Positions 54,232 through 63,801 of a stretch of 64,000 nucleotides of DNA are shown one piece after another. The notes beneath the pieces are model-generated. The model did not search any database, had not been told where the DNA came from, and saw only the letters and a list, made by a program, of their open reading frames with translations. The DNA is taken from the IMG/VR virus record IMGVR_UViG_3300019850_000189, positions 64,001 through 128,000 of that record. The stretch is one strand, 5' to 3'. A program made the translations under genes and the position numbers. The stretch's first letter is position 1. Each line of letters opens with the position of its first letter. Source of the DNA: a virus.

Positions 54232-55461
54232 ATGGATAAATTTATTAATTTGCATGTTCACACAGATTCCAGCACGTTGGATGGATTTGGCACAAAAGAA
54301 GCGCGATTTAAATATGTTATCGAGGTCTTGGACCAATCCGCGCTGGCTATTACAGACCATGGAACGATGTCTGGTATATACGACTTCTGGAATATAGCGC
54401 AACAATATAATGTGAAGCCACTATTGGGAGTAGAAATATATTTTGTAAATAATCTCAAAAAACGCGAGAAGAAAGAAAAAAGATATCATCTTGTATTACT
54501 GGCTAAAAATTTAAAAGGCTACAAAAATATAATGCAAATTCAATATATAGCACATAAGTATGGTTTCTATAAAAAGCCAAGGGTGGATCGTGATGTACTA
54601 AAAAATTATTCTGACAATGTCATATGCCTATCGGCATGTGCTGCCAATGATATTAGTGTGGCGCTTGCAGATAATGATATAGCCCTCGCGAAACGGCGAA
54701 TAGATTGGTATAAGGAAACATATGGTGATGACTTCTACTTAGAGTTCCAGCCATATCAATCAGAAAAGTTAAGGCGGATAGATATAAAGCTTTATAAACT
54801 ATGGAAAAAGATACATCATATTAAAGCTGTCATAACCTCTGATGCTCATTATATACAGAAAGAGCAGAGCGAGGATCATGCTAAATTGCTATTAATTAAT
54901 ACAAGGGGAAAAGTTAATGACAATGGCTCTAATAAGTTTAGTTTTAACGAACATAATCTATATTTGCATTCCAGAAATGAGATTATAAATGAGGGATTCC
55001 AAACAGGATACGACAAAAATGATATTGAACAATGGTGTGATACTACAATTGAGGTTGCTGATAAAATTGAAGCTTATGATATAAGACAACAGAATTATAT
55101 AGTTCCGCCAATTCCTGAATTTATGGGTGCCGATCTAAATAAAATATTACGCAAGAAATGCCTTGAGGGATTGAAACAGAAAAAACTATTCGATGATATC
55201 TATATGAAAAGATTGGCTTATGAACTTAAAATAATATATAATGCCGGTTTTTCTTCTTACTTTCTAGTAGTAGCGGACATAGTTAATTGGGCCAAAAGGG
55301 AAGGTATTTATGTGGGCCCTTCCCGCGGATCCGCTGGCGCCTCGCTTACTGCTTATGCTCTGGGGATTACAGCTGTGGATCCTATTAAGCATGATTTACA
55401 ATTTGAGCGCTTCCTCAATCCGGAGCGCCTGGGTGGCAAAGTACTTAAATTTATTGAATAG
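54232..55461 (+). CDS. dnaE: DNA polymerase III alpha (DnaE), N-terminal part (PHP + start of palm)
   Basis: FINLHVHT, AITDHG, YHLVLLAKN, TSDAHY, GPSRGSAG, DLQFERFLNPER. Confidence 0.92.
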   Translation: MDKFINLHVHTDSSTLDGFGTKEARFKYVIEVLDQSALAITDHGTMSGIYDFWNIAQQYNVKPLLGVEIYFVNNLKKREKKEKRYHLVLLAKNLKGYKNIMQIQYIAHKYGFYKKPRVDRDVLKNYSDNVICLSACAANDISVALADNDIALAKRRIDWYKETYGDDFYLEFQPYQSEKLRRIDIKLYKLWKKIHHIKAVITSDAHYIQKEQSEDHAKLLLINTRGKVNDNGSNKFSFNEHNLYLHSRNEIINEGFQTGYDKNDIEQWCDTTIEVADKIEAYDIRQQNYIVPPIPEFMGADLNKILRKKCLEGLKQKKLFDDIYMKRLAYELKIIYNAGFSSYFLVVADIVNWAKREGIYVGPSRGSAGASLTAYALGITAVDPIKHDLQFERFLNPERLGGKVLKFIE

Positions 55462-55487
55462 TACAACTTTAAGAAGGAGTGATTATC

Positions 55488-55991
55488 ATGAGACCATCTT
55501 GGACCGAGCTATTTTTAAATATAACGCGTCTTGTTGCGCAGCGAAGCACATGTGCGCGCCTGAAGGTGGGCGCCGTCCTGGTAAAAGATAATCGTATCAT
55601 TTCTATGGGATACAATGGTGTTCCGCAAGGGCTTGAACACTGCGAAGATCACTTCAGGAAAATATACAATAACAAGGTTAGAATTCAAGACATGTCATGG
55701 GAAGAATATATAGCATCGCCCTTTTTTATGCAGGAACATCACGAATTTTCTACTCATAATGAAATACATGCGGAAACAAATGCGCTAATGTTTGCAGCGT
55801 ATAATGGTGTTAGTACAAGAGGAGCCGATATTTACGTATCATATACGCCGTGCATCCATTGTTCAAAACAAATTCTGCAAGCTGGTATCAACCATGTTTA
55901 TTATGATAAGCCGTATGATCGCGATATGACTGCGATAAAATTTCTTGAAGAGAACGATATAGCGTGCCAGCAAATTGGGGATGACAGTTGA
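55488..55991 (+). CDS. dCMP deaminase
   Basis: RSTCARLKVGAVLV, GYNG, HAETNAL, PCIHC. Confidence 0.92.
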   Translation: MRPSWTELFLNITRLVAQRSTCARLKVGAVLVKDNRIISMGYNGVPQGLEHCEDHFRKIYNNKVRIQDMSWEEYIASPFFMQEHHEFSTHNEIHAETNALMFAAYNGVSTRGADIYVSYTPCIHCSKQILQAGINHVYYDKPYDRDMTAIKFLEENDIACQQIGDDS

Positions 55992-57868
55992 TTATTGACA
56001 AAAACCGATTTAAAACAATTATGGATATTCTGCAAGGCTGGTATTGGGAAATTGACGAAAATAACGTTTATGTTTATTCCGCCGGCAAATGCAAAGAATT
56101 ATTGGGAGTTGAGCCAGAATATGTCTTGGGAAAAACTATATTTGATTTTATGGATGATGAAGAGGCGATAAGAATAGAAAAAGTTCTCAAACAATTCCGA
56201 GACGAGAGAAAAGATTTTACATCATTAGAACACGAGCTCATTAACAAAAATGGTTCCGTGATTACAGTTGAGAGCTGGTGCGCACCCATTTTTAATGATA
56301 AAGGTAAATTCGATGGATATTCTGGAATTGATTATAATATTACAGAACGTAAAAAGTGGGAAGAGGGCTTTCGCGAGCGTGAGAGAAAATTAAGTGTAAT
56401 AATTGCCAGTATAAGCGATGCAGTTATTGCGGTTGATTCGAAAGGGAATATCATTTTATTGAATCAGCGCGCTGAAGACATTTTAGGATGGCAACAGGCA
56501 GATGTTGTTGGCAAGAATCATGATGCTATAATTAATTTATTTGATTGCAATAACGATATTATGAACAGTCCATTGAAACAGGTTTTAGAAACGGCCAAAA
56601 TGGTCACGATAAAAGATAATACCACTTTAATTGCTAAAAATGGTAAAAATATAATGGTGGGCGCTGTTGCATCTCCTGTAAAATTGGATGGCAATATTAT
56701 TGGCGCCGTTATGATTTTTCGTGATGTTAGTATGCAAAAGATGGTAGAAATAGAACTATCTAAAACACAGAAACTCGATGCCGTTGGGGTCCTGGCTGGC
56801 GGCATGGCTCATGATTTCAATAATATATTAACAGCGATAAGTGGCCATATGGAAATTGCCAGGATGTTATCTCATGAGGATAAAGTTGTTGAACATCTCA
56901 GAGAAGCGCTTGGAGCCTGCAAGAGGGCAAAAAGCGTTACGCAACAATTACTCACATTTTCAAAAGGCGGTATGCCACTTCCCAAGCCTACTTCAGTTTC
57001 CAGCGTTATTAAAGATACAGCAAAATTTATTTTAACTGGTACAAATGTCGCAATTGAATATAATATAGATGAAAATATATCTGCTATTGATGTTGATGCC
57101 GAACAAATTTCGGAAGTGATACAAAATATAATAATAAATGCAATTCAGGCAATGCCAGATGGTGGGGTAATGCAACTAAGTGCACAGAATATTTATACTC
57201 CATTCAGAAATCTATGTGATAACTATGTGTCACCAGGTAAGTATGTTAAAATATCAATATCTGATACAGGTAGAGGAATTCCTAAAGAGCATCTATCCAA
57301 GATTTTCGATCCTTACTTTACCACCAAAAGCACCGGGAATGGTCTTGGCCTGTCAGTCGCATATTCTATTATTAAGAAGCATGGGGGATGTATATACGCC
57401 GATTCGAAAATTGGCCACGGCTCTATTTTCAATATATATCTTCCATCAACTGATAAAAAGGCAGAAATAGTAAGCGTCAAGAAGCCTATTAGAGGTACCG
57501 GCCGAATACTGTTTCTGGATGATGAATATTCCGTGAGAGAAACGGGCAAGGTATTGATTGAAAGTTTGGGATACACTGTAGATGTCGTTCGGAATGGTAG
57601 ATTGGCTGTTGAGCACTATAAAAAAGCACTTGAAGATGGGCAACCATTCAGAGCTATTATTGCGGATCTTACAATTCCAGGTGGTATGGGCGGCGTTGAA
57701 GCTATAAAAGAAATCAAGAAAGTAGATCAAAATGTAAAAGCTATCGTTTCAAGTGGCTATTCTACCTCTAATGTCATGAGCGAATACAGGAGCTACGGAT
57801 TTTCGGGGGCTCTCAGAAAGCCATATGATCTCGCAGAACTATCCAAAGCACTTCACGATGTGACATAA
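55988..57868 (+). CDS. cytoplasmic hybrid sensor histidine kinase (PAS-PAS-HisKA-HATPase-REC)
   Basis: Two PAS domains, H-box LAGGMAHDFNNILT, QNIIINA, ISDTGRGI, FDPYFTTK, GLGLS, receiver ILFLDDE...ADLTIPGGMGG...KP; no TM segments. Confidence 0.93.
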   Translation: MIIDKNRFKTIMDILQGWYWEIDENNVYVYSAGKCKELLGVEPEYVLGKTIFDFMDDEEAIRIEKVLKQFRDERKDFTSLEHELINKNGSVITVESWCAPIFNDKGKFDGYSGIDYNITERKKWEEGFRERERKLSVIIASISDAVIAVDSKGNIILLNQRAEDILGWQQADVVGKNHDAIINLFDCNNDIMNSPLKQVLETAKMVTIKDNTTLIAKNGKNIMVGAVASPVKLDGNIIGAVMIFRDVSMQKMVEIELSKTQKLDAVGVLAGGMAHDFNNILTAISGHMEIARMLSHEDKVVEHLREALGACKRAKSVTQQLLTFSKGGMPLPKPTSVSSVIKDTAKFILTGTNVAIEYNIDENISAIDVDAEQISEVIQNIIINAIQAMPDGGVMQLSAQNIYTPFRNLCDNYVSPGKYVKISISDTGRGIPKEHLSKIFDPYFTTKSTGNGLGLSVAYSIIKKHGGCIYADSKIGHGSIFNIYLPSTDKKAEIVSVKKPIRGTGRILFLDDEYSVRETGKVLIESLGYTVDVVRNGRLAVEHYKKALEDGQPFRAIIADLTIPGGMGGVEAIKEIKKVDQNVKAIVSSGYSTSNVMSEYRSYGFSGALRKPYDLAELSKALHDVT

Positions 57869-57881
57869 CATATATATTAAT

Positions 57882-60521
57882 ATGAGAAAAAAATTATATG
57901 AACATCTGAAAGAAAAGGGTATAGATGATGCCAAACATCGCGAACGTCTTGAAATGGAACTTAAAGAATTTAAAAAGTATGAAACTATTAATCACACTAA
58001 ATTGATAGTTGAAATAGACAATGGTGCGGAACCAAGCAAAAGGATTCTGATATGGTATTTGTTGGGGTATATCCATAATGACCCTATTGATAAAATTCCG
58101 GAAAATATAGTGGTACCTGGAAAGGCGCCAGATATAGACCTGGATTTTGAAGATGCCGAAAGAGGCAGAGTTATTGATTATATTAAGCGTCGATTCGGAT
58201 ATAATAATGTTGCTCAGGTTTGCAATGTGGTTACCTACTCTATCAAATCTGCTTTTCAAGATGCCGCCCGTATATATGGCATCCCGGCCCAAAAGGCTAT
58301 TTCCATATCCAAAAACATCAATGATGATAACTGGAATCAAAGCGATGCTTATACGCGATATCCTGAAATTTTTAAGTTCGCAGAACATCTCCTCGGTCAA
58401 ATGCGAAATTATGGCAGACACGCCGCGGCAATCATAATAACAGATAAACCAGTTCAGAAATATATACCATGTCAATATAATAAAGATGATGATATTCTGC
58501 TGGCCGAATTTACCGGTGCAGCTATTCAAGATATTAAATTATTAAAACTTGATATACTCGGGCTTTCAACTTTAAAAATTATGAAAGACACCATCGAACA
58601 TATCAAAGAACGCCATAATAAGGAAATATCATTAGGAGATATAGATTTTAACGACCTATCTGTTTTTAAGTTATTCAGTCACGGTTTAACTACCTCTATT
58701 TTCCAATTTGAAAGTCCATCTATGAAGGGTTATCTGCAGAAGCTTAAACCGAAAGAGCTAGAAGATATAGTAGTAATGAATGCTCTTTTTAGACCAGGCG
58801 CTATTCCAATTATTAATAATTATATTAAAAGAAAGCATGGCAAAGAAAAAATAGAATACGGGCACTCTGTATTAGAAAAAGTTTTAAAACCAACTTTTGG
58901 TCTTCTGGTATTCCAGGAAGAAACTATTATGATAGCTCATCTTGCATCCGGAATAAGCTTAGGTAGAGCTGATATGCTGCGCCGCTATATGGAAAAATGG
59001 AATTCCAAATATAAGAATGATATTAAGGGAAAGAAAAAATGGGAATCAGAATTTTTTCAAGGTTGCCAGAAGCAAGGCTTGAATTCAAAGGAATCAAAAT
59101 ATATTTGGGATTACCTGATTAAACAAACCGGATACCAATTCAATCGCTGCGTGTCTGGAGACTGCATCATCGATGCCGATACATCTAACAAATGGCGGCC
59201 TACTATTGGTGAGATGTATCGTATTAAAAATGATACTAAATATGCCAAAGAAACAAATCATTACCCGTTAATGAAACGATATTGTGGTAAAAAGGGCTAC
59301 GGTAAAAGTTATTCATTGTGTGAAGATGGACTTTTACGACTAAACAATATAGTAGATATCTATTATGAAGGTGACCGCGAAGTATTTGAAATTCTTCTGG
59401 AAGATGGTAAGAAAATAGAAGTGACAGGCAATCATAACTTTCCACTCCCAAATGGCCAAAAACTTAATATAGATAATGGGCTGAAGGCTGGGGACCATCT
59501 CTATGTTAACGAAGGATATAAGAAGAGACCCAAAGGACAAAAAGTCAATGAGCCAACCTTGAGACAAATTGTATCAATCAAAAGCGTAGGGATCAAGGAT
59601 ACGTACAATATAGAAATGGCAGCTCCTAATCACACTCTATCTATTAATGGCATTATAACTTCTAATTCTCATGCTCTTTCATATGCCGTCATCGCATATC
59701 AAACGGCATGGCTGAAGGTACATTATCCTGTTGAATTCATGTGTGCATCTCTCAATTCAGATAAAACCCCTATTGACAAGCTCACAGCAGAATGCGCACA
59801 GTTGGGGATTAAGGTGCTATACCCTAATATAAATAAGAGTAAAATAGGATTTAGTATTGTGGATGATAGAACCATTATTTATGGATTGAGCAGTGTTAAA
59901 AACTGTGGCGAGGTTCCGGCGCAATGGATAACTGCGCATGCGCCTTACGAAAGTGTTACCGAGTTTTTTACAAAGCTCAAAGATGATAAATTTGGAACAA
60001 AGGTGAATAAAAGAGTATTGGACAGTCTCATTCTATCCGGCGCATTTAGCGACCTTTATAAAAATACTAAAACATTATTTAATAATTATAATGAGTGGCG
60101 GAAGAAATGGGGCAAGACTGATTTTGAAACATACATAAAAGGCAAAGAAGTTGAAGACTATAATGATGATGAAAAATCGAATTTCCTTCAGGATTTACTA
60201 AGTATCGATACATCCATGGCATTATTTGAGAAGAAAAGCAAAGAAATTAATCAACTTAGGCAATTACTTGGAAAAGGATATATAATTGGGATTATTACGG
60301 ATTTTGTCCGAAAACGCGACAGAAACGGAAATATGATGGCTTTTGTGAGCATAAGAGATGGCAATGGCATCAGACGATATCCTCTTTTCGCCAGGCAATT
60401 TGCGAATAATAGTAAAAATTTGATTAAAAATAAAATATTAGCATTTAAAATGTCTAATATGAGAGATGGAGATCGCTTGATAACAAGTATCATGCAACCG
60501 GATACATCAATCAATGGGTAA
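57882..60521 (+). CDS. dnaE: DnaE C-terminal part (palm/fingers/HhH/OB) with a mini-intein
   Basis: PDIDLDF, GRHAAA, KLDILGL, FQFES, LFRPG, LVFQEE, FNR/SHA, YGLSSVKNCG, DRNGNMMAFVSI. Confidence 0.92.
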   Translation: MRKKLYEHLKEKGIDDAKHRERLEMELKEFKKYETINHTKLIVEIDNGAEPSKRILIWYLLGYIHNDPIDKIPENIVVPGKAPDIDLDFEDAERGRVIDYIKRRFGYNNVAQVCNVVTYSIKSAFQDAARIYGIPAQKAISISKNINDDNWNQSDAYTRYPEIFKFAEHLLGQMRNYGRHAAAIIITDKPVQKYIPCQYNKDDDILLAEFTGAAIQDIKLLKLDILGLSTLKIMKDTIEHIKERHNKEISLGDIDFNDLSVFKLFSHGLTTSIFQFESPSMKGYLQKLKPKELEDIVVMNALFRPGAIPIINNYIKRKHGKEKIEYGHSVLEKVLKPTFGLLVFQEETIMIAHLASGISLGRADMLRRYMEKWNSKYKNDIKGKKKWESEFFQGCQKQGLNSKESKYIWDYLIKQTGYQFNRCVSGDCIIDADTSNKWRPTIGEMYRIKNDTKYAKETNHYPLMKRYCGKKGYGKSYSLCEDGLLRLNNIVDIYYEGDREVFEILLEDGKKIEVTGNHNFPLPNGQKLNIDNGLKAGDHLYVNEGYKKRPKGQKVNEPTLRQIVSIKSVGIKDTYNIEMAAPNHTLSINGIITSNSHALSYAVIAYQTAWLKVHYPVEFMCASLNSDKTPIDKLTAECAQLGIKVLYPNINKSKIGFSIVDDRTIIYGLSSVKNCGEVPAQWITAHAPYESVTEFFTKLKDDKFGTKVNKRVLDSLILSGAFSDLYKNTKTLFNNYNEWRKKWGKTDFETYIKGKEVEDYNDDEKSNFLQDLLSIDTSMALFEKKSKEINQLRQLLGKGYIIGIITDFVRKRDRNGNMMAFVSIRDGNGIRRYPLFARQFANNSKNLIKNKILAFKMSNMRDGDRLITSIMQPDTSING
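59148..59666 (+). mobile_element. 173-aa mini-intein (no endonuclease)
   Basis: Starts CVSGDC, ends DTYNIEMAAPNHTLSINGIITSN followed by Ser; removal restores YQFNR-SHALSY. Confidence 0.9.
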
Positions 60522-60542
60522 AGTTCATGATAAAATACTACT

Positions 60543-60848
60543 GTGATTTTTTGTTCAGCAGAAATGAACGAAAATAAATATAAGCGAAACTCTAAAAAAT
60601 TGATGGATATAATCTATGAGCATCGGGCTTCATATTTGTTGTATGAGAATAAATTTCAGAAAACTCCTGAACACTGTGCATGCGATGAATGTCTCGCTTT
60701 CATTGAAGAAAAAATGAACAAGTTTAATATAGATCAAAAGGAATTTTTCGATAATTGGAAAAAGGAATTTATCAGAGATGTCAAACTTCATGCTGCACCA
60801 ACAAAAACAGGCAAAGCAAAAGTATTATTGGATGGGGAAAATTCATGA
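60543..60848 (+). CDS. hypothetical protein
   Basis: 101 aa ORF. Confidence 0.5.
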   Translation: MIFCSAEMNENKYKRNSKKLMDIIYEHRASYLLYENKFQKTPEHCACDECLAFIEEKMNKFNIDQKEFFDNWKKEFIRDVKLHAAPTKTGKAKVLLDGENS

Positions 60849-61201
60849 ATATAATGATTTTGGAAGATTCACCAGAGCGTTGTGAATTCTTTCGAAAATT
60901 TTTGAGCGGCAATGTTCTGTATTTTTATGATAATGCAGAGGCTGCAAAGACGGCCCTGGAAGTTCAAGAATTCGATATGATATTTCTGGACCATGATTTA
61001 GAAGGCCAGGTTTATGTTAATTCTGATTACGAGAACACTGGTTACCAGGTGGCAAAATATATTGCGGATAAAAATATAAAAACTCAAGTAATTATACATA
61101 CGATGAACTATTCCGGAGCCCGTCGAATGCTGTCTGTTTTGCCAAATTCAAAATGGGTCGCTTTTAATCAGCTGTTGGAAGCATATAAAATTGACAGATG
61201 A
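60845..61201 (+). CDS. stand-alone receiver-like protein (cyclic-phosphate-processing receiver family)
   Basis: ILEDSPER...IFLDHDL...NTGYQVA...IIHTMN..GARRM. Confidence 0.7.
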   Translation: MNIMILEDSPERCEFFRKFLSGNVLYFYDNAEAAKTALEVQEFDMIFLDHDLEGQVYVNSDYENTGYQVAKYIADKNIKTQVIIHTMNYSGARRMLSVLPNSKWVAFNQLLEAYKIDR

Positions 61202-61229
61202 GACATATATAAAAGTATATGGATAGTGA

Positions 61230-61418
61230 TTGGAGCGTATTGTGAGTGATAAGAGTGAAGTGGCATTTAGCTGGTTCTATAATCAGGCTGAAAAAAAGAT
61301 TATATTTGTCGGAATGACCGGAAACCAACCGTCTTGGGTTTTGCCTAATAATGAAAAGAAAAGGATAGTGGCCAAAAATCTTCTTAGGAAGTATAATAAT
61401 GACAAAGCAGATAACTAA
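61230..61418 (+). CDS. hypothetical protein
   Basis: 62 aa ORF. Confidence 0.4.
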   Translation: MERIVSDKSEVAFSWFYNQAEKKIIFVGMTGNQPSWVLPNNEKKRIVAKNLLRKYNNDKADN

Positions 61419-61605
61419 AGCGGCTAGGAACTTGCTCAAGACGAATCATATTCAACTTATTAATCAAGCTCCGCATAGAATCACTTTGCGTATTAAAGGC
61501 AAAAATTATATATTGGAACCAGCTGGCACACTCAAGACGGAAGGCTACACTCCAGAAATAAAACGTTTATTGAGAGATGGCATACTGGGAATATATGGTT
61601 CTTGA
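61399..61605 (+). CDS. hypothetical protein
   Basis: 68 aa ORF. Confidence 0.5.
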   Translation: MTKQITKAARNLLKTNHIQLINQAPHRITLRIKGKNYILEPAGTLKTEGYTPEIKRLLRDGILGIYGS

Positions 61606-61933
61606 TAATATCTTTGAAGTAAAAACCGAAGCTATTAAAGCCTTGTTTAAAAATGTTCCAATTAAAATTGTAGAGGCCATCCTATACAAAAAAAAGGAAA
61701 TATGGGAGAATAAGATGAAAATGCCATTTGCCAAAGGCAAAACTATAAAAGACGCTTCTGAAAAGCCTAAAGAAGATACACACATATTAAAGGTGGTTTC
61801 TAACTTCAGGAAATTGTATCAAAAAAAGAATTCTAATGAAACATATATAGAAAGTAAGAAAGAAAAATTAGAGGAGCAAAACAAAAATGAATTCAAGAAG
61901 AACAAACATCGAAAAACTCAGAGAAATGTATGA
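61577..61933 (+). CDS. hypothetical protein
   Basis: 118 aa ORF, start uncertain. Confidence 0.35.
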   Translation: MAYWEYMVLDNIFEVKTEAIKALFKNVPIKIVEAILYKKKEIWENKMKMPFAKGKTIKDASEKPKEDTHILKVVSNFRKLYQKKNSNETYIESKKEKLEEQNKNEFKKNKHRKTQRNV

Positions 61934-62729
61934 GAAGTCTAAGACGAATAGCAACTTTTCAAATAATTTTTGGTATCCTCCCGATGAGGAGAATATAATT
62001 AGAATTCTCCCTCCGCTAGAGGGCAAGGATGTATTTTACAAAGCAACGGGGACCCATAAATTTGGAGACTATTTCTTTTGGTGCCCAAGATTAACGGAAG
62101 GTAAGCGATGCCCAATTTGTGAAGAGAGAAAGCGCAGGTATGAATCTGGCACCGATGTGGATCGCGAAGTTGCCTACAAACTTAAAGGAAAGAAAAAGTA
62201 TATTTACAACATAATAGACCGAAAAGGTGATGATCCTATAAAGGTGCAACAGTATATTACAGGTCCCAAGGTCTGGGAAAAAGTTCTTTCGTATTACTTT
62301 GATGAGGAATATGGAGCTCTAGATGATATAGAAAAGGGCTACGATTTTAAGTTGATTAAAAAAATGATTTCTTCGTCAGAGGGAGAATTTGCCAATTACG
62401 ATGATTCTCGACCAATGAAGACCGCCTCCAAGCTGGCAGATAGCGATGAGGACATTGCGGAGATACTTTCTAATTTGAAAGACCTGGATACAATAATCAA
62501 TCTGAAAGATTACGACACAATGAAAGCCGCTTTGGACCGCTTCCTGGTAGAATACTATAATGCTAGCACTTCTGATAATGAAGAAATAGTTTCCACCCCC
62601 GAGATTAAAACCAAATCAAAGGATAAGAAAAAGCCCGAACCAACACCAACTATCGAAAATGAAGATGAAGCAGATATTGATGATTTTGAAGCCAAGCTGA
62701 TGAAAGAACTCGCTGAAGATGATGAATAA
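61887..62729 (+). CDS. single-stranded DNA-binding protein (T4 gp32-like)
   Basis: FWYP...IRILPP...H...CP...CPICE, NIIDR, GYDFKL, NYDDS, acidic tail. Confidence 0.85.
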   Translation: MNSRRTNIEKLREMYEKSKTNSNFSNNFWYPPDEENIIRILPPLEGKDVFYKATGTHKFGDYFFWCPRLTEGKRCPICEERKRRYESGTDVDREVAYKLKGKKKYIYNIIDRKGDDPIKVQQYITGPKVWEKVLSYYFDEEYGALDDIEKGYDFKLIKKMISSSEGEFANYDDSRPMKTASKLADSDEDIAEILSNLKDLDTIINLKDYDTMKAALDRFLVEYYNASTSDNEEIVSTPEIKTKSKDKKKPEPTPTIENEDEADIDDFEAKLMKELAEDDE

Positions 62730-62758
62730 AGGACAAATTTAGGTCCTAATCCCACCAA

Positions 62759-62785
62759 ATGCCCGGATGTTCCGGGCATTTTTTT
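62759..62785 (+). terminator. intrinsic terminator
   Basis: ATGCCCGGA-TGT-TCCGGGCAT + T run. Confidence 0.8.
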
Positions 62786-62786
62786 A

Positions 62787-62815
62787 TTTACAAAAGTTGT
62801 CTTCTGCTATATAAT
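62787..62815 (+). promoter_or_regulatory. sigma70-type promoter
   Basis: TTTACA-17-TATAAT. Confidence 0.7.
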
Positions 62816-62835
62816 ATTAACAGGAGGTAAACATA

Positions 62836-63801
62836 ATGCCACAGGAACATCAAGTTGAAGTTAAAAAATATATTTTTAGAGCTCGAGTTGGTTCTCACCT
62901 TTATGGACTTAATACTCCAGAATCAGACGAAGATTTTGTGAGCGTATTTATTCCTGGGGAGGATTATATTCTTGGTCTCAAAAATGTGGATGAGATTGAT
63001 CGCTCCACTAAGAAATCAGATGCCAAACGTCGAAATAGTCCAGAAGATATCGACGATAAAGCTTATAATATTCAGAAATTCCTCAAACTTTTAATTAACA
63101 ATAATCCCAACATTGTGGAGATCTTATTTGCTAGGCCCGAAAATATTATAATCTTAGAACCAGAGTTCAAAGAGCTTATCGATAATTATGAAAAAATTGT
63201 CAGCACTCGTGCCTTTTGGACTTTTACTGGTTATGCTTACTCACAGAGAAAGCACCTTATTATAAAGAGCGAGCGTTTCAGAGGTCTCACTGAAGCTGTA
63301 GAATATCTTGAGAGCATTGGTGTTAATCCGCGCGAGATCACTGAGCTTGAATCTTCAGAGCTCAATCATTTTCTTAAGTTCTATAAGGGGGAAAAAGGTA
63401 ATACAGAATTTTTCCACAAAGGAATGCCTCTTGAGCATATTTATAACCGTGTTAAGTCCGAGCTTGATATGTATGGCTATCGGATTAAGGAGCTTAACTT
63501 TACTGGCAAAGGCGGAGAGCTATATGATTCTAAATTCGCTTACCATTTAATTCGGCTTCTCGATGAGGGTAGACAGCTTCTTGAAACAGGCCATATTGAA
63601 TTTCCAATTTCTGGAAAAGCTCGCGATGATATTCTAAAGATCCGAAATAAGGAAGTGCCTTTTGAGGATCTCCTGGAACTTTATGATAAGTATAACTCCG
63701 AAATTAAAAAAATTAATGAGAAATCTCCTATCCGCAAAAAGCCAGATTTTAACTGGGCTAATAAATACCTTGTGAGGATTTTGAAAGAGAGTCTTTTGTG
63801 A
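62836..63801 (+). CDS. RlaP/NrdC.11-like nucleotidyltransferase
   Basis: VGSHLYGLNTPESDED Pol-beta motif, NNPNIVEILF, YDSKFAYHLIRL, LPKKPD-like C-terminal IRKKPD. Confidence 0.85.
   Translation: MPQEHQVEVKKYIFRARVGSHLYGLNTPESDEDFVSVFIPGEDYILGLKNVDEIDRSTKKSDAKRRNSPEDIDDKAYNIQKFLKLLINNNPNIVEILFARPENIIILEPEFKELIDNYEKIVSTRAFWTFTGYAYSQRKHLIIKSERFRGLTEAVEYLESIGVNPREITELESSELNHFLKFYKGEKGNTEFFHKGMPLEHIYNRVKSELDMYGYRIKELNFTGKGGELYDSKFAYHLIRLLDEGRQLLETGHIEFPISGKARDDILKIRNKEVPFEDLLELYDKYNSEIKKINEKSPIRKKPDFNWANKYLVRILKESLL

Noticed and set aside
53978-54232. 84-aa ORF upstream of dnaE-N
   Set aside because: No clear RBS and an unnatural composition; probably intergenic
55430-57920. Split intein joining the two dnaE halves
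   Set aside because: The N-half has no Cys/Ser-initiated intein N-fragment, and the C-half has no HN-C/S junction near its start
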